A stretch of 64,000 bases of DNA from Verrucomicrobiota bacterium (GCA_039806955.1 JBDHQI010000009.1:65517-129516), one strand, 5' to 3'; counted from the stretch's first letter, positions 6,543 to 16,829 are shown. The notes: generated by a model not told the origin, from the sequence alone. Numbers and translations: made by a program.

Positions 6543-6932
6543 TCATTGGCCGCGCTTGAGCAGGGCGATCACCGCCGCATGGGTGAGAATCACATCCGGG
6601 TCACGCTGCAACGCGTCGTAGTAGTGTCCGGAAAATCCGTGACCGGCTTCCGAGGCGACGAGCAATTGCTCGGCCTGCTGGCAAAGCGCAGCGGCTTGCG
6701 ATTCATTGAGCGGATGCCGCTGCGTATCGAGCGCCTGATCCATGCTGACGATCAGACGCGAGAGCGGGTGCAACCAGGCGAACCACGGGTCGGTGGTCAG
6801 CAGATGGAGGAAACGGTTGGGCGTGGGGATTTTACCCATGGTCCGCTCATAACTGACGCGTTCGGATTCCACCAGGGTCTTGTGCAAACGCAGGAGCGCC
6901 TCACGCAGTTTCGTCAGTTGCGCGGCGGTCAT
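6543..6932 (-). CDS. Hypothetical protein
   Basis: ATG at 6932 (MTAAQLTKLREALLRLHKTL...). Non-repetitive helical-looking sequence. The longer ORF in the track would overlap the upstream gene. Confidence 0.5.
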   Translation of the reverse strand: MTAAQLTKLREALLRLHKTLVESERVSYERTMGKIPTPNRFLHLLTTDPWFAWLHPLSRLIVSMDQALDTQRHPLNESQAAALCQQAEQLLVASEAGHGFSGHYYDALQRDPDVILTHAAVIALLKRGQ

Positions 6933-6976
6933 TTCGCTTTTGAAAACGGATTGGGGTGAAACGGATCTCGGCGTGG

Positions 6977-7984
6977 TTACAAACTGTTCAACACGTCCAC
7001 CATCTGGCGCAGGCGACCATAATCGCGACGGTTGAAACCGAACGCAATGCGCTGCTGCTCGAGGCAATCCTGGTCTTCGCGTTCCTCGGGCGTGGGTTCA
7101 ATGCGCTTGATGGGCGCGCCCGAAATGAGGTCGGCAAAATCCTCATTCATCGCTTCCAACGCGGTGTCGGTCGGTGCGTGACGCAGCCGGATCACCAGCA
7201 GGTCTTTGACGAAACGAGTTGAATGGAAATTGCGATAAAACCGGGAGACAATTTTCACCGCTTCATCGGCGTTATCGGTGATGCGGTAAAGGTGCAGATC
7301 GTCGGGCGAAATCAGTCCGTCGCGCAGCAAGTGTTCGCGGATGTTCTTATCCCACGTTTTCCAATACGTGCCACCGGGTTTATCCACCAACACCAACGGC
7401 ATGAGCTGGCTCTTACCGGTTTGCATGAGGGTGATCGCTTCGTAACCCTCATCCATGGTGCCGAAACCGCCGGGGAAAAGAACGATGGCGTCCGAGTGGC
7501 GGATAAACGTGAGCTTGCGCGTGAAGAAGTATTTGAAGGTGACCAATTTTTTGTCCTGGGCGATGACGGGATTGGCGTTTTGTTCCCACGGCAACCGGAT
7601 GTTCGCGCCGAAGCTGTTCTCCGAACCGGCGCCTTCATGTCCGGCCTGCATGATGCCTGAACCCGCACCGGTGATGACCATGAACCCGGCCTGGACAATC
7701 TTGTGACCGAACTCCACGGCTGTTTGATATTCCAATTTGTTTGCCGCAGTGCGGGCCGAGCCGAAGATGGTTACTTTACGGCGTTGGGCGTAGGGCGCGA
7801 ACAGGCGGTAAGCGTAACGCAACTCACGCACGGCGGTTTGAATGACCCGCACGTCGCCGGTGTCCTTCACATCCTGCAGCAATTTCAGCGCGTTTTCGAT
7901 GATGTCCGCCACGGCTTCTTCGTTATAGCCGCCACCTTTGAATTTGATGAGATCCAGGACCCGCCGATGTAATTCCGGATCCAT
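6977..7984 (-). CDS. LOG/TIGR00730-family Rossmann-fold nucleotide phosphoribohydrolase (long form)
   Basis: KVTIFGSARTA...VITGAGSGIMQAGHEGA...PGGFGTMDE motifs. Start taken at MDPELHRRV (7984). Confidence 0.75.
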   Translation of the reverse strand: MDPELHRRVLDLIKFKGGGYNEEAVADIIENALKLLQDVKDTGDVRVIQTAVRELRYAYRLFAPYAQRRKVTIFGSARTAANKLEYQTAVEFGHKIVQAGFMVITGAGSGIMQAGHEGAGSENSFGANIRLPWEQNANPVIAQDKKLVTFKYFFTRKLTFIRHSDAIVLFPGGFGTMDEGYEAITLMQTGKSQLMPLVLVDKPGGTYWKTWDKNIREHLLRDGLISPDDLHLYRITDNADEAVKIVSRFYRNFHSTRFVKDLLVIRLRHAPTDTALEAMNEDFADLISGAPIKRIEPTPEEREDQDCLEQQRIAFGFNRRDYGRLRQMVDVLNSL

Positions 7985-8071
7985 CGAAGTTTTTTCAGAT
8001 TTCACACTCACAAGACAAATAATGATAATTAACTGGTTGGCAATTTGACCACTGAACCCGGCGCGCAATCT

Positions 8072-10030
8072 CTAGGGCGTCGAACGGGTATCGGCCGGGG
8101 TCTGGGATTGATCCGCTTCTCCGGGCGGCTCTTTGGGTTCCAATTGCGGCGGAACGGCGACGGGCGTCGCGTTATCCGACCACCGCTTGTAATCCCAAAG
8201 AATTAATTGCTCCGGGAAATAACCCGGTTGGGCGAAACGCAGCGGAAACTTTTCCGGCGCACGATTGCGGAGCAGCGATTCAAGAATGAACGTGGGCCAA
8301 CTGCGATCGCCCGCCCGCACCCAATCGGTCAGGATGCGGCTATCCGTCGTCTCTGGCGTCAGATAAAGGCAGCGGATGGGTTTGATGTAATCATGCACCT
8401 GATAAAACTGCTCCTCAGAATTGCGCGTCAGCCACAAGCACTGACGCTTACCGTACCAGGCCACGGCCCACGGAATATCGCTGATCATCATTTCATCGGG
8501 TCGCAGGTACTGTGCGATGTCTTGAATCGCCGGCGGATAATAAGGCGGATAATGAACCGGACGCACCTTGGGCGAGATCAGGGTAAATGCCAGCGGCAGA
8601 TTGACGAGGACGGCAAACAAGCCGATCACAATGTAACGCAGCTCGCGAATCTTGAGGTTCATTTGATCCAGCAGTTGGAAAAACAAACCCGCGCCGTAAA
8701 TGAAAATTAGCGGCACCAACAGAATGAGCAGATTTTCCGAGTTGAACCCGGGACTTTCCACCGACAACTGGGTTTTACCCATCGCCTGTACCAGAAACAA
8801 AGTGAACAAAGCTGCGAGAACAAAATAGCGCAACCGCCGGATCGCGAGGCTGCGATACGAGAGCAACAGCCCGGTCAGAAACATCGCGCTGACCCAGGTG
8901 CCGCCCAGCCGCGGCAGTGCGTCCGTGATGAGATCGCGGGCGTTGTACAAAAATTTGTAGAAGAAGATGGGCAGCGCGATGCTGCGGAAGTCCGGGTTGA
9001 GCGAGCGTTGCAGGCGAAACTCCGGCAACGCGAAAGTTCCCTCCAGCAGCGCATAACCCGCCGTCCCAAAGGGTGTGCCGCTAACGTGGAAGTTCCGCCA
9101 AATCCAGGGCGCGATGACAATTAAAAACGTCGCGCTGATCAGCAGGAGAACGCGCCAACGCCGCAACGCGCAAATAATGCCGACGTAAACCAGCACGGGG
9201 ACCACCAGCCAGCCGAAGGAGTAAGTCGTCAACATGCCCAACCCGAGCAGCAGGCCGATCAGCAGCGCGAGCCAGATCTGGGCGCGTGGACTCCAGATCG
9301 GATCGCGTTCTTCCCGTTCGATCCAAACCAAGCCCCAGATCAGTCCCTGAAAAATCAGCATCAACAGCAGCGTGGGCAAGCCAGTCACGCTGAAATGCCA
9401 GAGCACTTCACAGCAAATCATCAGGGCGAACGACAGCCACGCCACCGAACGATCAAAGAGTTTTCGCGCCAGAAAGAATACGACGACGGCGTTGAGGATC
9501 AGCAGGCTTTGATTCAACAGCGCGAGCAGGAAATCCGGCTCGTAACGCCAGAACTGGCGGGCAGAAGTCTGCCGCAACTGCTCAGACGTCAGCGAAGCCA
9601 GCCTTGGATTCGGGATGCTCCAGAACGGGTTGACGACATTGATCGGATAACGAAACGGCAGCACTTTCATCGCCCCCGCTAGGAAGAGCGGATAAACCGG
9701 CGGGTTGGCCAGATCCGGGTGCATGACCTCCTTCACTTCGGCCAGATCGGGGCGCTCATCCGACGCCGGATCTGTCGCACGATTTTGATTGTGCTTCCGA
9801 ACGAGATGCAGACTGAACGGCCGGATCAAATGCGTGGTGAAGCCATTCCCCTCGGCGATATTGCGCGCGACCTGGGCGGCATCCATGGCTTCCTGGTTGC
9901 TCAGGTTACGGAAATCGCGCCAGTTATAGACGACCAGCAGAATGCCCACCAGCAGCCCCACGAATATGATCCGGAACCCACTACCGCCGCGTTCTTCAAA
10001 CTTGTGAATCCAATCCTGAATTAACGGCAT
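8072..10030 (-). CDS. Polytopic membrane protein, GT-C-fold glycosyltransferase-like (ArnT/PMT, GT39-like)
   Basis: 652 aa with many predicted TM helices. NQEAMDAAQVARNIAEGNGF-type first loop, C-terminal soluble domain. Starts 3 nt after the response-regulator stop. Confidence 0.45.
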   Translation of the reverse strand: MPLIQDWIHKFEERGGSGFRIIFVGLLVGILLVVYNWRDFRNLSNQEAMDAAQVARNIAEGNGFTTHLIRPFSLHLVRKHNQNRATDPASDERPDLAEVKEVMHPDLANPPVYPLFLAGAMKVLPFRYPINVVNPFWSIPNPRLASLTSEQLRQTSARQFWRYEPDFLLALLNQSLLILNAVVVFFLARKLFDRSVAWLSFALMICCEVLWHFSVTGLPTLLLMLIFQGLIWGLVWIEREERDPIWSPRAQIWLALLIGLLLGLGMLTTYSFGWLVVPVLVYVGIICALRRWRVLLLISATFLIVIAPWIWRNFHVSGTPFGTAGYALLEGTFALPEFRLQRSLNPDFRSIALPIFFYKFLYNARDLITDALPRLGGTWVSAMFLTGLLLSYRSLAIRRLRYFVLAALFTLFLVQAMGKTQLSVESPGFNSENLLILLVPLIFIYGAGLFFQLLDQMNLKIRELRYIVIGLFAVLVNLPLAFTLISPKVRPVHYPPYYPPAIQDIAQYLRPDEMMISDIPWAVAWYGKRQCLWLTRNSEEQFYQVHDYIKPIRCLYLTPETTDSRILTDWVRAGDRSWPTFILESLLRNRAPEKFPLRFAQPGYFPEQLILWDYKRWSDNATPVAVPPQLEPKEPPGEADQSQTPADTRSTP

Positions 10031-10033
10031 AAA

Positions 10034-11398
10034 TCAAAATCCTTCCAGATGGTAGGTATGCAATTTCCGGTGGAACGTCCGGCGCGGCATCCCGATCTTC
10101 TGGGCCGCCAGTGTCCGGTTTCCGCCGGTTTCTTTCAAGGCACGGATGATTAATTGTTTCTCGGCTTCTTTCACGGTCAAGTTGTTCTTTACCAGCAACC
10201 GGGCGGGATCACTCGTGGGTGCGGTTTCCGAACGCACCGTACGCGGCAAGTCGCGTGCCGAAATCCGCTCCCCGCGACACATTACCACCGCGCTTTCAAT
10301 CGTCGCCCGCAACTCGCGCACGTTACCTGGCCAGCGATGATTCAAAAGCATCCCCATCGCGTCGGTGGTGAAGTCGGCGATGGTCTTGTCGTTTTCTTTG
10401 GCGTATTCGCGCAAAAAATTCGTGGCCAGCAAGGGAACGTCCTCCATGCGCTCGCGCAACGGCGGCAGATATAACTCCACAATTTTCAAGCGGAAATACA
10501 AATCTTCGCGGAACGTGCCCGCCTTGACCATCGCCTCCAAATCCTTGTTGGTGGCCGCCATCAATCGCACATCCGCCGTCTGGGTTTTGTTTGAACCGAC
10601 CCGCTCGAACGTGCGTTCGCCCAGAAAGCGCAGCAGTTTGATTTGCAGCGTGGGATCAATTTCGCCGATCTCATCGAGAAACAGCGTGCCGCCCTGGGCT
10701 TGCTCAAAGCGGCCGATGCGCCGCTCGTGCGCCCCGGTGAACGCGCCGCGTTCGTGACCGAACAGTTCGCTCTCGAGCAGCGAAGGCGAGAGCGCCGCGC
10801 AATGCACCGAGACCAGCGGTTGTTTGGCGCGCGGACTGAGCTGATGAATGGCCTTGGCGATCATCTCCTTGCCGGTGCCGCTTTCGCCGAGAATCAACAC
10901 CGTGGCGCGCGTGGGGGCCACCTGCTTGACCGTTTCAAACACCTCCAACATTGCGGCGGATTTGCCGATGATGTTTTCCAGTCCGAACTTGTCATCTAAT
11001 TGCTGCCGCAGCGTGACGTTTTCCGATTCAAGTTTTTGCGTGCGCACCGCACGGGCAATGCGCATTTCCAATTCGTCAATCTGCATCCGCCCCTTGGCGA
11101 TATAATCGTCCGCGCCGCGCTTCATCGCTTCCACCGCCAGCTCCTCCGAGCCATAGGCGGTCATTAAAATGCAGACCGGCGGTTTGGCCAGAGACTTGGC
11201 CCGCGCAATCAGTTTCATGCCGTCTTCATTCGGCATTTTGAAGTCGGTCAACAGCACCTCGAAGTTTTCCGTCTCGAGCAGGTCGAACGCACTCTTGGCG
11301 TCCTCCGCCAGATAAACATCAAAGCGTTCTTCCAACGCGGCGCGCAAGCCTTCGCGCGTCGGCTTTTCGTCATCCACAATCAACAGGGTCGGTTTCAT
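10034..11398 (-). CDS. Sigma-54-dependent response regulator (NtrC/AtoC family)
   Basis: REC domain (LIVDDE...D), AAA+ GESGTGKE, GAFTGA sigma-54 contact motif, C-terminal Fis-type HTH. Confidence 0.9.
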   Translation of the reverse strand: MKPTLLIVDDEKPTREGLRAALEERFDVYLAEDAKSAFDLLETENFEVLLTDFKMPNEDGMKLIARAKSLAKPPVCILMTAYGSEELAVEAMKRGADDYIAKGRMQIDELEMRIARAVRTQKLESENVTLRQQLDDKFGLENIIGKSAAMLEVFETVKQVAPTRATVLILGESGTGKEMIAKAIHQLSPRAKQPLVSVHCAALSPSLLESELFGHERGAFTGAHERRIGRFEQAQGGTLFLDEIGEIDPTLQIKLLRFLGERTFERVGSNKTQTADVRLMAATNKDLEAMVKAGTFREDLYFRLKIVELYLPPLRERMEDVPLLATNFLREYAKENDKTIADFTTDAMGMLLNHRWPGNVRELRATIESAVVMCRGERISARDLPRTVRSETAPTSDPARLLVKNNLTVKEAEKQLIIRALKETGGNRTLAAQKIGMPRRTFHRKLHTYHLEGF

Positions 11399-11460
11399 GT
11401 CAGTGCGTCAATGGCTCCGGAACGGCATCAAAGTCACGAGGGCTTTCAGTTGCGTGTCGT

Positions 11461-12693
11461 TCATGCTTCCAAAGTGGCGGCCAGCAGGCGTGGTTTCTTT
11501 TCATGGCGCGGAAACCAGAGCCGGAACGTCGTGCCGTGACCGGCGCGACTATCAAGCTCGAGTCGTCCGCCGTGGGCACGAACGATGCGTTGCACGATCA
11601 TCAGCCCTAGTCCGGTGCCTTTTTTCTTCGTGGTATAAAACGGCTCAAAAATCCGGGCCAACTGCTCGGACGGAATGCCCGCACCGGTGTCGGCAATACT
11701 GACCCAAACTGCGTCGTGGCTTTCACCGGTCCGTACGGTCAACGTGCCGCCGCGCGTCATGGCTTGCATGGCGTTCTTGACCAGATTGACGAGCGCCTGT
11801 TGGACCTGGGTCGCATCAATGGGAGTGGCCGGCAGTGATTGGGCCGGCTTGATTTTGATATGGAGACCGCGGTTGTTCAATTCAGGTCGCAATAGTTCGA
11901 TGGTGCGATCCACCACTTCGTTGAGCGAGACCAGTTTGAGCTGTAACGGTGCGGGCCGAATCGCCTGGAGAAACTGGGTGACGATGTAATCCAGCCGGTT
12001 GATCTCTCCTTTGCAGACTTCCAGATACTGTTCGAGCCGGCGCACATCCAGTGAAGCGTGGCGCGCTTCGGCTTTGCGCGCAAAGCGCAGTCCGCCCTCC
12101 GGCTTGACTTCACGACTGCGCTTCAATTCACGCTCCATCAACTGCAGATGAATGTGCAGGGCGTTGAGCGGATTGCCGATTTCGTGGGCCACGCTCGCGG
12201 CCAGCAGGGTCAGGGCCTGCACCCGTTCGCTTTCAATGGCGTCAAACGTTTTTTGCCGGGCCTCGGTTGCGTCGTGCAAAATCAAGGCCACGCCCGAACT
12301 GCCCACCCGCTCTCCATCCAGCGGCGCGGCGTAGAGTCGTAAAAAGCGCGGGCGCGGATATTCCACCTCAAACTCATGTCGAACGACGTGCGAACCGCCC
12401 TCCCGATCGAAACGCGAGACTTTTTCCCAATCCACCTCGGGCAACACCTTGTTCAGCGACTGACCTTCGGCGCCGGGTTGCAGGCCGATCAAGCGGGTCA
12501 CAGCCTGGTTGAAGTAAACGATGCTGCCGTTTTCATCCACCACCAGCACACCATCTTCGATGATGTTGAACAAGGTTTCCAGAAGCGCGCGTTCGCGGGC
12601 GAGCCGCTGGACCACCGTATGCAGGCCGTCCGTGTCCAACTGCCCGATCCGCCCCAGGACTTTATCGAGGAAACTGGATTTAATCGTCGCCAT
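11461..12693 (-). CDS. PAS-domain sensor histidine kinase (NtrB/AtoS-like)
   Basis: H-box SVAHEIGNPLNAL; N and G boxes (NLVKNAMQA, DTGAGI, GTGLGLMIVQRIV). Confidence 0.9.
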   Translation of the reverse strand: MATIKSSFLDKVLGRIGQLDTDGLHTVVQRLARERALLETLFNIIEDGVLVVDENGSIVYFNQAVTRLIGLQPGAEGQSLNKVLPEVDWEKVSRFDREGGSHVVRHEFEVEYPRPRFLRLYAAPLDGERVGSSGVALILHDATEARQKTFDAIESERVQALTLLAASVAHEIGNPLNALHIHLQLMERELKRSREVKPEGGLRFARKAEARHASLDVRRLEQYLEVCKGEINRLDYIVTQFLQAIRPAPLQLKLVSLNEVVDRTIELLRPELNNRGLHIKIKPAQSLPATPIDATQVQQALVNLVKNAMQAMTRGGTLTVRTGESHDAVWVSIADTGAGIPSEQLARIFEPFYTTKKKGTGLGLMIVQRIVRAHGGRLELDSRAGHGTTFRLWFPRHEKKPRLLAATLEA

Positions 12694-12694
12694 A

Positions 12695-13696
12695 TCAGAA
12701 CCAGTTGCGCCGTTTCAAATACCAATACGTCGCCAGGGTGGTGAGCGCCGCCAGCGCAAAGACGAACAGGTAACCGTGTTCCCAATTAATTTCGTGCATG
12801 TCCTTCTGAAAATTCATGCCGTACCAACTGGCGATCAGCGTCGCTGGCGTGGAAAGAATCGTAATGAGCGTCAGCGCCTTCACCACTTCGCCGGTGCGAT
12901 TCGAGGACATGCTGAGATAAACCTGCAGAATCCCGGTCAGCGAGTCGGTGTAGCTCTGCGCCAGTTCGGAAATCTGAAACAACCCGTCGTAAACATTGCG
13001 ATAATACGGCACCAGGTGCGACCGGATCAGTTTGAATTCGCCGCGCGCAAACCGGGCCAGCACTTCGCGTTGCGGGCCGATGATCTGGCGCAGGTGCATC
13101 ACTTCTTTTTTGATCTGGATGATTTTGTTCAACGTCTCCACCGAGGGCGATTGCAACGCCTGCTCTTCAAGTTCGGCAATCTCGAGCGAAAGCTCGTCCA
13201 GCGCCGGCTTGTAATTTTCCACGATGGAATCCAACAACGTGTACGCCACGCGATCGGGCGCGCGGGCGATGTGCATCGTGGCGTTGATGGCTTGTTCCTC
13301 GGTTTGCGTGATGCTCCGCGACGGTCCATCGTGATACGTGACGAGAAAATTTTTACCCAGAAAGAAGTTCAACTCGCTCGTGGCAAACACGCCGTCCTTG
13401 CGACTGTAATCCACCGCGTGAATCAGCATGAACAGATACGGCGCAAAGGCCTCGTCCTCCTTGGGAGAGAACTCTTCCACCTTGGGTGACGGACTGGCCT
13501 GCACGCAATCCTGGATGGACAGCGGATGGAAATGGAACAAGTCTTCCAACACAAATTTCCGCTCTTCCTCCGTCGGATTTTCCAAATCCACCCAAAGAAA
13601 CAGGTTGGTATCGTTGAGCAGCGTCGGCATGAGAAACATCTCGACATTGCGGGTGTGCAAACGGCCCTGAGTGGTGAAGGCAAGTGAGCGAATCAT
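12695..13696 (-). CDS. corA: CorA-family magnesium/cobalt transporter
   Basis: 333 aa with YGMNF signature (WYGMNFQKDMHE) and two C-terminal TM helices. The stop abuts the kinase start. Confidence 0.9.
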   Translation of the reverse strand: MIRSLAFTTQGRLHTRNVEMFLMPTLLNDTNLFLWVDLENPTEEERKFVLEDLFHFHPLSIQDCVQASPSPKVEEFSPKEDEAFAPYLFMLIHAVDYSRKDGVFATSELNFFLGKNFLVTYHDGPSRSITQTEEQAINATMHIARAPDRVAYTLLDSIVENYKPALDELSLEIAELEEQALQSPSVETLNKIIQIKKEVMHLRQIIGPQREVLARFARGEFKLIRSHLVPYYRNVYDGLFQISELAQSYTDSLTGILQVYLSMSSNRTGEVVKALTLITILSTPATLIASWYGMNFQKDMHEINWEHGYLFVFALAALTTLATYWYLKRRNWF

Positions 13697-13896
13697 AATC
13701 TCATTGGATTAGCCGGACGTGACAGCTTGGCACGAAGCTTAGTCCGTAAATGGAGGGATGCAAGACCCGGTTCGCGCTGAATCGGCACAGCCAGGTTAAT
13801 GGTTCGTTTATGGATGATGCATAGCGCTCACCATTCCCACGTTCCAAATCGGACGTCGAAAAACAGCGGGGGAATCCGAATCCATCTGCGTTCTTT

Positions 13897-15588
13897 TCAA
13901 AAGTTCAACGCCGGCAACCGATAAATTTCCACCTCATCAAACCAGCATACGTCGGCATCGGTTTTCTGATCGTGGACGTTGAGCAGTACCACCAACCGCC
14001 CCGTGTCCGGCGGAACGGTGACTACCCCCGTCGTCGCCTGCCAGTCGCCTTGATCAGGCTTGAAGGTGAGAACGCGGTCAGCCGCTTCGTGCGTCCAATC
14101 GCCTGCGCCGGTTTGCCAGCGAATCATCAGGTCCGGCAACGACTCGCCTTGCACTCGGCACTTTGCTTTCACCACAAAAATCTGACCCGGCGCGGCGGAA
14201 ACACTCTGCAAAAAGCAACCGCGCGTCATCTTGCTGACGCGCCCGGAGCCGCCACCGATCTGGCTATCCCAGGCAAAAGTGCCGGTCGCCTGCTTTTCAT
14301 CCTGCCACACGTTCCAACCTTCCGGTTGGATGGCGCCTTGGGCCGGACCGCGATCGAACGCACCATTCACCGCCAGGTTGGTTGTGGCGTTCCGGGCTTG
14401 CAAATCTGCGAATTCCACTCGCGCTGCCGCTTCAGGATCACGCACCCACGCAATCGTGCGCGTGATGCCGGGCAAGGCTTCCTCCCACGAACGACCTTTG
14501 CCCACCGTGTGGGCCAGCGCTTCCGCGCGCCAGGGCTGCTCCCTGGCCAACCCACTCCACCAACGGGATTGCTCGCCGTAAATCCAGACGTATTCGTCTG
14601 CCGCATCGCGCGCGGCATTCAAATTGCGCGCCAACCGCTTGAGGCGCGAGCCGTCCAACGGCGGACGGTAATATTGATTGCCCGGTTCATTGACAAACAT
14701 GTCGAGGTAAAAACCGAAACCGGCCTGCACCTGTTGCCGGTACTTGGCGCGACTCTCCGGCGCAACCAGTTTGATGCACGGGCCCGACCAGGAGCGCATG
14801 TTGAGCGCGGCGCGCTGGTAGGCTTCCACACTGTCCAGGTAGTAACCGTTCTCGCATCCGTCCACGAGGACCATTTCGGCTGGCGCGGCGTCGAGCATGC
14901 CGTTGAAAAATGCGGGCAGCAACCCGTAGTGGTCATGGATCAGCACCGGGACGGGAGCCTCCGCCTGGCCCGCGTGCTGCACCACGCTGTTGAGGAACAA
15001 AGCCAGCACCACGGCCTGCGGCATCTCCGCGGCCAGACGGCGGATGACCTGCGCGCCGCGTTGCCGGGCGAGCGCAGCGGTTTCGGCAAAGGTCCGTTTC
15101 TTGGCGGGATCAAATTTCCACTGATTTTCACCATAAGGCTCGAAGTCGAGCGCCAACCCTTTCGCGCCGCCGTCACGGGCGAGCCAGCCGCAGAGACCGA
15201 TTTTTTCCGCCAGCGCGCTCCAACCCTGATCGTCGGCCCAATCAATCAATTGGGGGGTCGCATTGAAGAGTACAAAATTCTGCGCGTAATTCGTGAACCG
15301 GCACGCGCGCAAATCCGCCAACGCTTCCTTGAACCATTCCCGCTGCCACGCGCCCGTCCCCCAACCGCTTTGCGTGGAGACGATCCGGCCCGCATCGGTC
15401 TTGGCCGTGACATAAAAAATGACGCCATCGAACGGACCTTCGCGTTCCATCTCCGGACCAAATTGCCGCAGGAACGCCGTGTCAGGAATATCCCAGCCCA
15501 GTTCAATGAATTTCCGGTCCGCAGCGTGCGCCGCGAACGAAGCCAGCAGACCTAATCCCGTCAGTAAAACCGAGGTGATGTATTTCAT
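13897..15588 (-). CDS. Secreted hypothetical protein with a C-terminal carbohydrate-binding-module-like domain
   Basis: Signal peptide MKYITSVLLTGLGLLASFAAHA. The C-terminal ~150 aa (NLAVNGAFDRG...GWNVWQDE...) resembles a CBM4/9-type jelly roll. Sits at the head of a CAZyme operon. Confidence 0.5.
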   Translation of the reverse strand: MKYITSVLLTGLGLLASFAAHAADRKFIELGWDIPDTAFLRQFGPEMEREGPFDGVIFYVTAKTDAGRIVSTQSGWGTGAWQREWFKEALADLRACRFTNYAQNFVLFNATPQLIDWADDQGWSALAEKIGLCGWLARDGGAKGLALDFEPYGENQWKFDPAKKRTFAETAALARQRGAQVIRRLAAEMPQAVVLALFLNSVVQHAGQAEAPVPVLIHDHYGLLPAFFNGMLDAAPAEMVLVDGCENGYYLDSVEAYQRAALNMRSWSGPCIKLVAPESRAKYRQQVQAGFGFYLDMFVNEPGNQYYRPPLDGSRLKRLARNLNAARDAADEYVWIYGEQSRWWSGLAREQPWRAEALAHTVGKGRSWEEALPGITRTIAWVRDPEAAARVEFADLQARNATTNLAVNGAFDRGPAQGAIQPEGWNVWQDEKQATGTFAWDSQIGGGSGRVSKMTRGCFLQSVSAAPGQIFVVKAKCRVQGESLPDLMIRWQTGAGDWTHEAADRVLTFKPDQGDWQATTGVVTVPPDTGRLVVLLNVHDQKTDADVCWFDEVEIYRLPALNF

Positions 15589-15692
15589 GATAAATTTAAC
15601 CGTCGCGACTCTACCTCCGAAGTCGGTGGGCTTGAATTAAATTGGATCAGCCACAGAAAATGGGAAGGGGTTCGGGGCAGTGATTTATCCGC

Positions 15693-16829
15693 TCACTTGG
15701 ACAACCAGCTTTTCACCCGACCGCCATGCTGAATCCAGTCTTCGTCGAGTACCGCATGATTGATGACGGTGCGTTCGTGCGAAGTGAAGATGAGGTGGAT
15801 TTTTCCGTCGCGTGTCTGCACCGCCGCCGGGTAGGCATAATCGTAAGGTCCTTCGGCCACATTCCGCCGCCAGGGCCAGGATTGATCGCCATCGGCGGAA
15901 AGGGCGACCGTCAACGGCGTGCGTTCGTTCATGTTGTCATTGAACACCAGCAGCAGCTTGCCGCTGGCCAGCTTGATGAAATCCAGCGCAGCGTTGGGAT
16001 TTTTGAATGACGAATTCTCACCCGCGCTCCAGGTCCAACCGCCGTCGTGGGATTCCGCGCGGATGGCCCAGCCGTTGGTGGTTGGCTCATAATCGCCACC
16101 CCGCCGCGCGTAAGCCACCAGCCGGTCTTTTTGGATTTCCACCGCCACGGGCTGGATGTTGCCCGTCGTCGAGCGGATGCGTCCCGTTGGCTGCCAGGTT
16201 CGGTGCTGGACGTCGTAGCGCAGGAACAGTCCGGCGCTGTCGGCGGCAATTTTTTCGGTGTCATTCCCGCGCTCCTGATACAGGGGCAGCAGATAATCGC
16301 CCCCCTGCAGAACAATCGGCCGATTGCAAATCATCATGCCTTCCTCGCTGACCAGCGGAAAGGCATCTGACCAGGTTGCGGCGTTGTCGGTGGACACCTT
16401 GGCCTGCACGCGCGAGCTGGACCAGGTCTCGCCATAGCGCACGACATAAAACAACCAGACCAAACCGTCCGGCGCCTGCCAGACCACGCCGTTGCCCAGC
16501 GAGCGGAACGGATCGTGGGCGATGCGCACCGGCTTGCTCCACTTGCGGCTGCCGGACTTCAAGCGCGAGCCGAACACGCCCGTATCAAGCGCGTATTCAC
16601 CTTCACCGCCGTAATAAACCACGTAGAGATCGCCGTTTGCGAGTGCCTCGATACGTGCCGGATGTTTGTACGGACCCGTTTTTACTTCCGGCCCGAACAC
16701 CCGCTCAATACGCAATTCGCCAGCAACGCCGGACGAGAGCGGGATCAGCATTAAGCCCAGCAGCAAGCTCAGTGAGAATCGGAGTCGAAGTCGCTCACGA
16801 CAAATGGGAAAAGGATCAGTTCGGTTCAT
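15693..16829 (-). CDS. BNR/Asp-box repeat glycoside hydrolase (sialidase-like, GH33-like)
   Basis: Asp-boxes STDNAATWS, SHDGGWTWS, SADGDQSWP. Start taken at MNRTDPF (16829) to avoid overlap with the upstream gene. Confidence 0.7.
   Translation of the reverse strand: MNRTDPFPICRERLRLRFSLSLLLGLMLIPLSSGVAGELRIERVFGPEVKTGPYKHPARIEALANGDLYVVYYGGEGEYALDTGVFGSRLKSGSRKWSKPVRIAHDPFRSLGNGVVWQAPDGLVWLFYVVRYGETWSSSRVQAKVSTDNAATWSDAFPLVSEEGMMICNRPIVLQGGDYLLPLYQERGNDTEKIAADSAGLFLRYDVQHRTWQPTGRIRSTTGNIQPVAVEIQKDRLVAYARRGGDYEPTTNGWAIRAESHDGGWTWSAGENSSFKNPNAALDFIKLASGKLLLVFNDNMNERTPLTVALSADGDQSWPWRRNVAEGPYDYAYPAAVQTRDGKIHLIFTSHERTVINHAVLDEDWIQHGGRVKSWLSK

Noticed and set aside
13697-13896. Possible Mg2+ (M-box) riboswitch in the 200-nt corA leader.
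   Set aside because: I could not recognise M-box conserved segments or the characteristic multi-helix architecture by eye. Only the repeated short motif reported separately was seen. This needs an Infernal scan.
13972-15555. Very long ORFs antisense to annotated genes. Examples: 13972..15555 (+) 527 aa, 20247..21731 (+) 494 aa, 28497..30077 (+) 526 aa, 31433..32683 (-) 416 aa, 34562..35668 (-) 368 aa, 36749..38131 (-) 460 aa, 41507..42649 (+) 380 aa.
   Set aside because: Their translations are Arg/Gly/Pro/His-rich and low in complexity, with no motifs, signal peptides or RBS. The opposite strand encodes proteins with clear family signatures. This is the usual stop-codon paucity of antisense frames in high-GC DNA.
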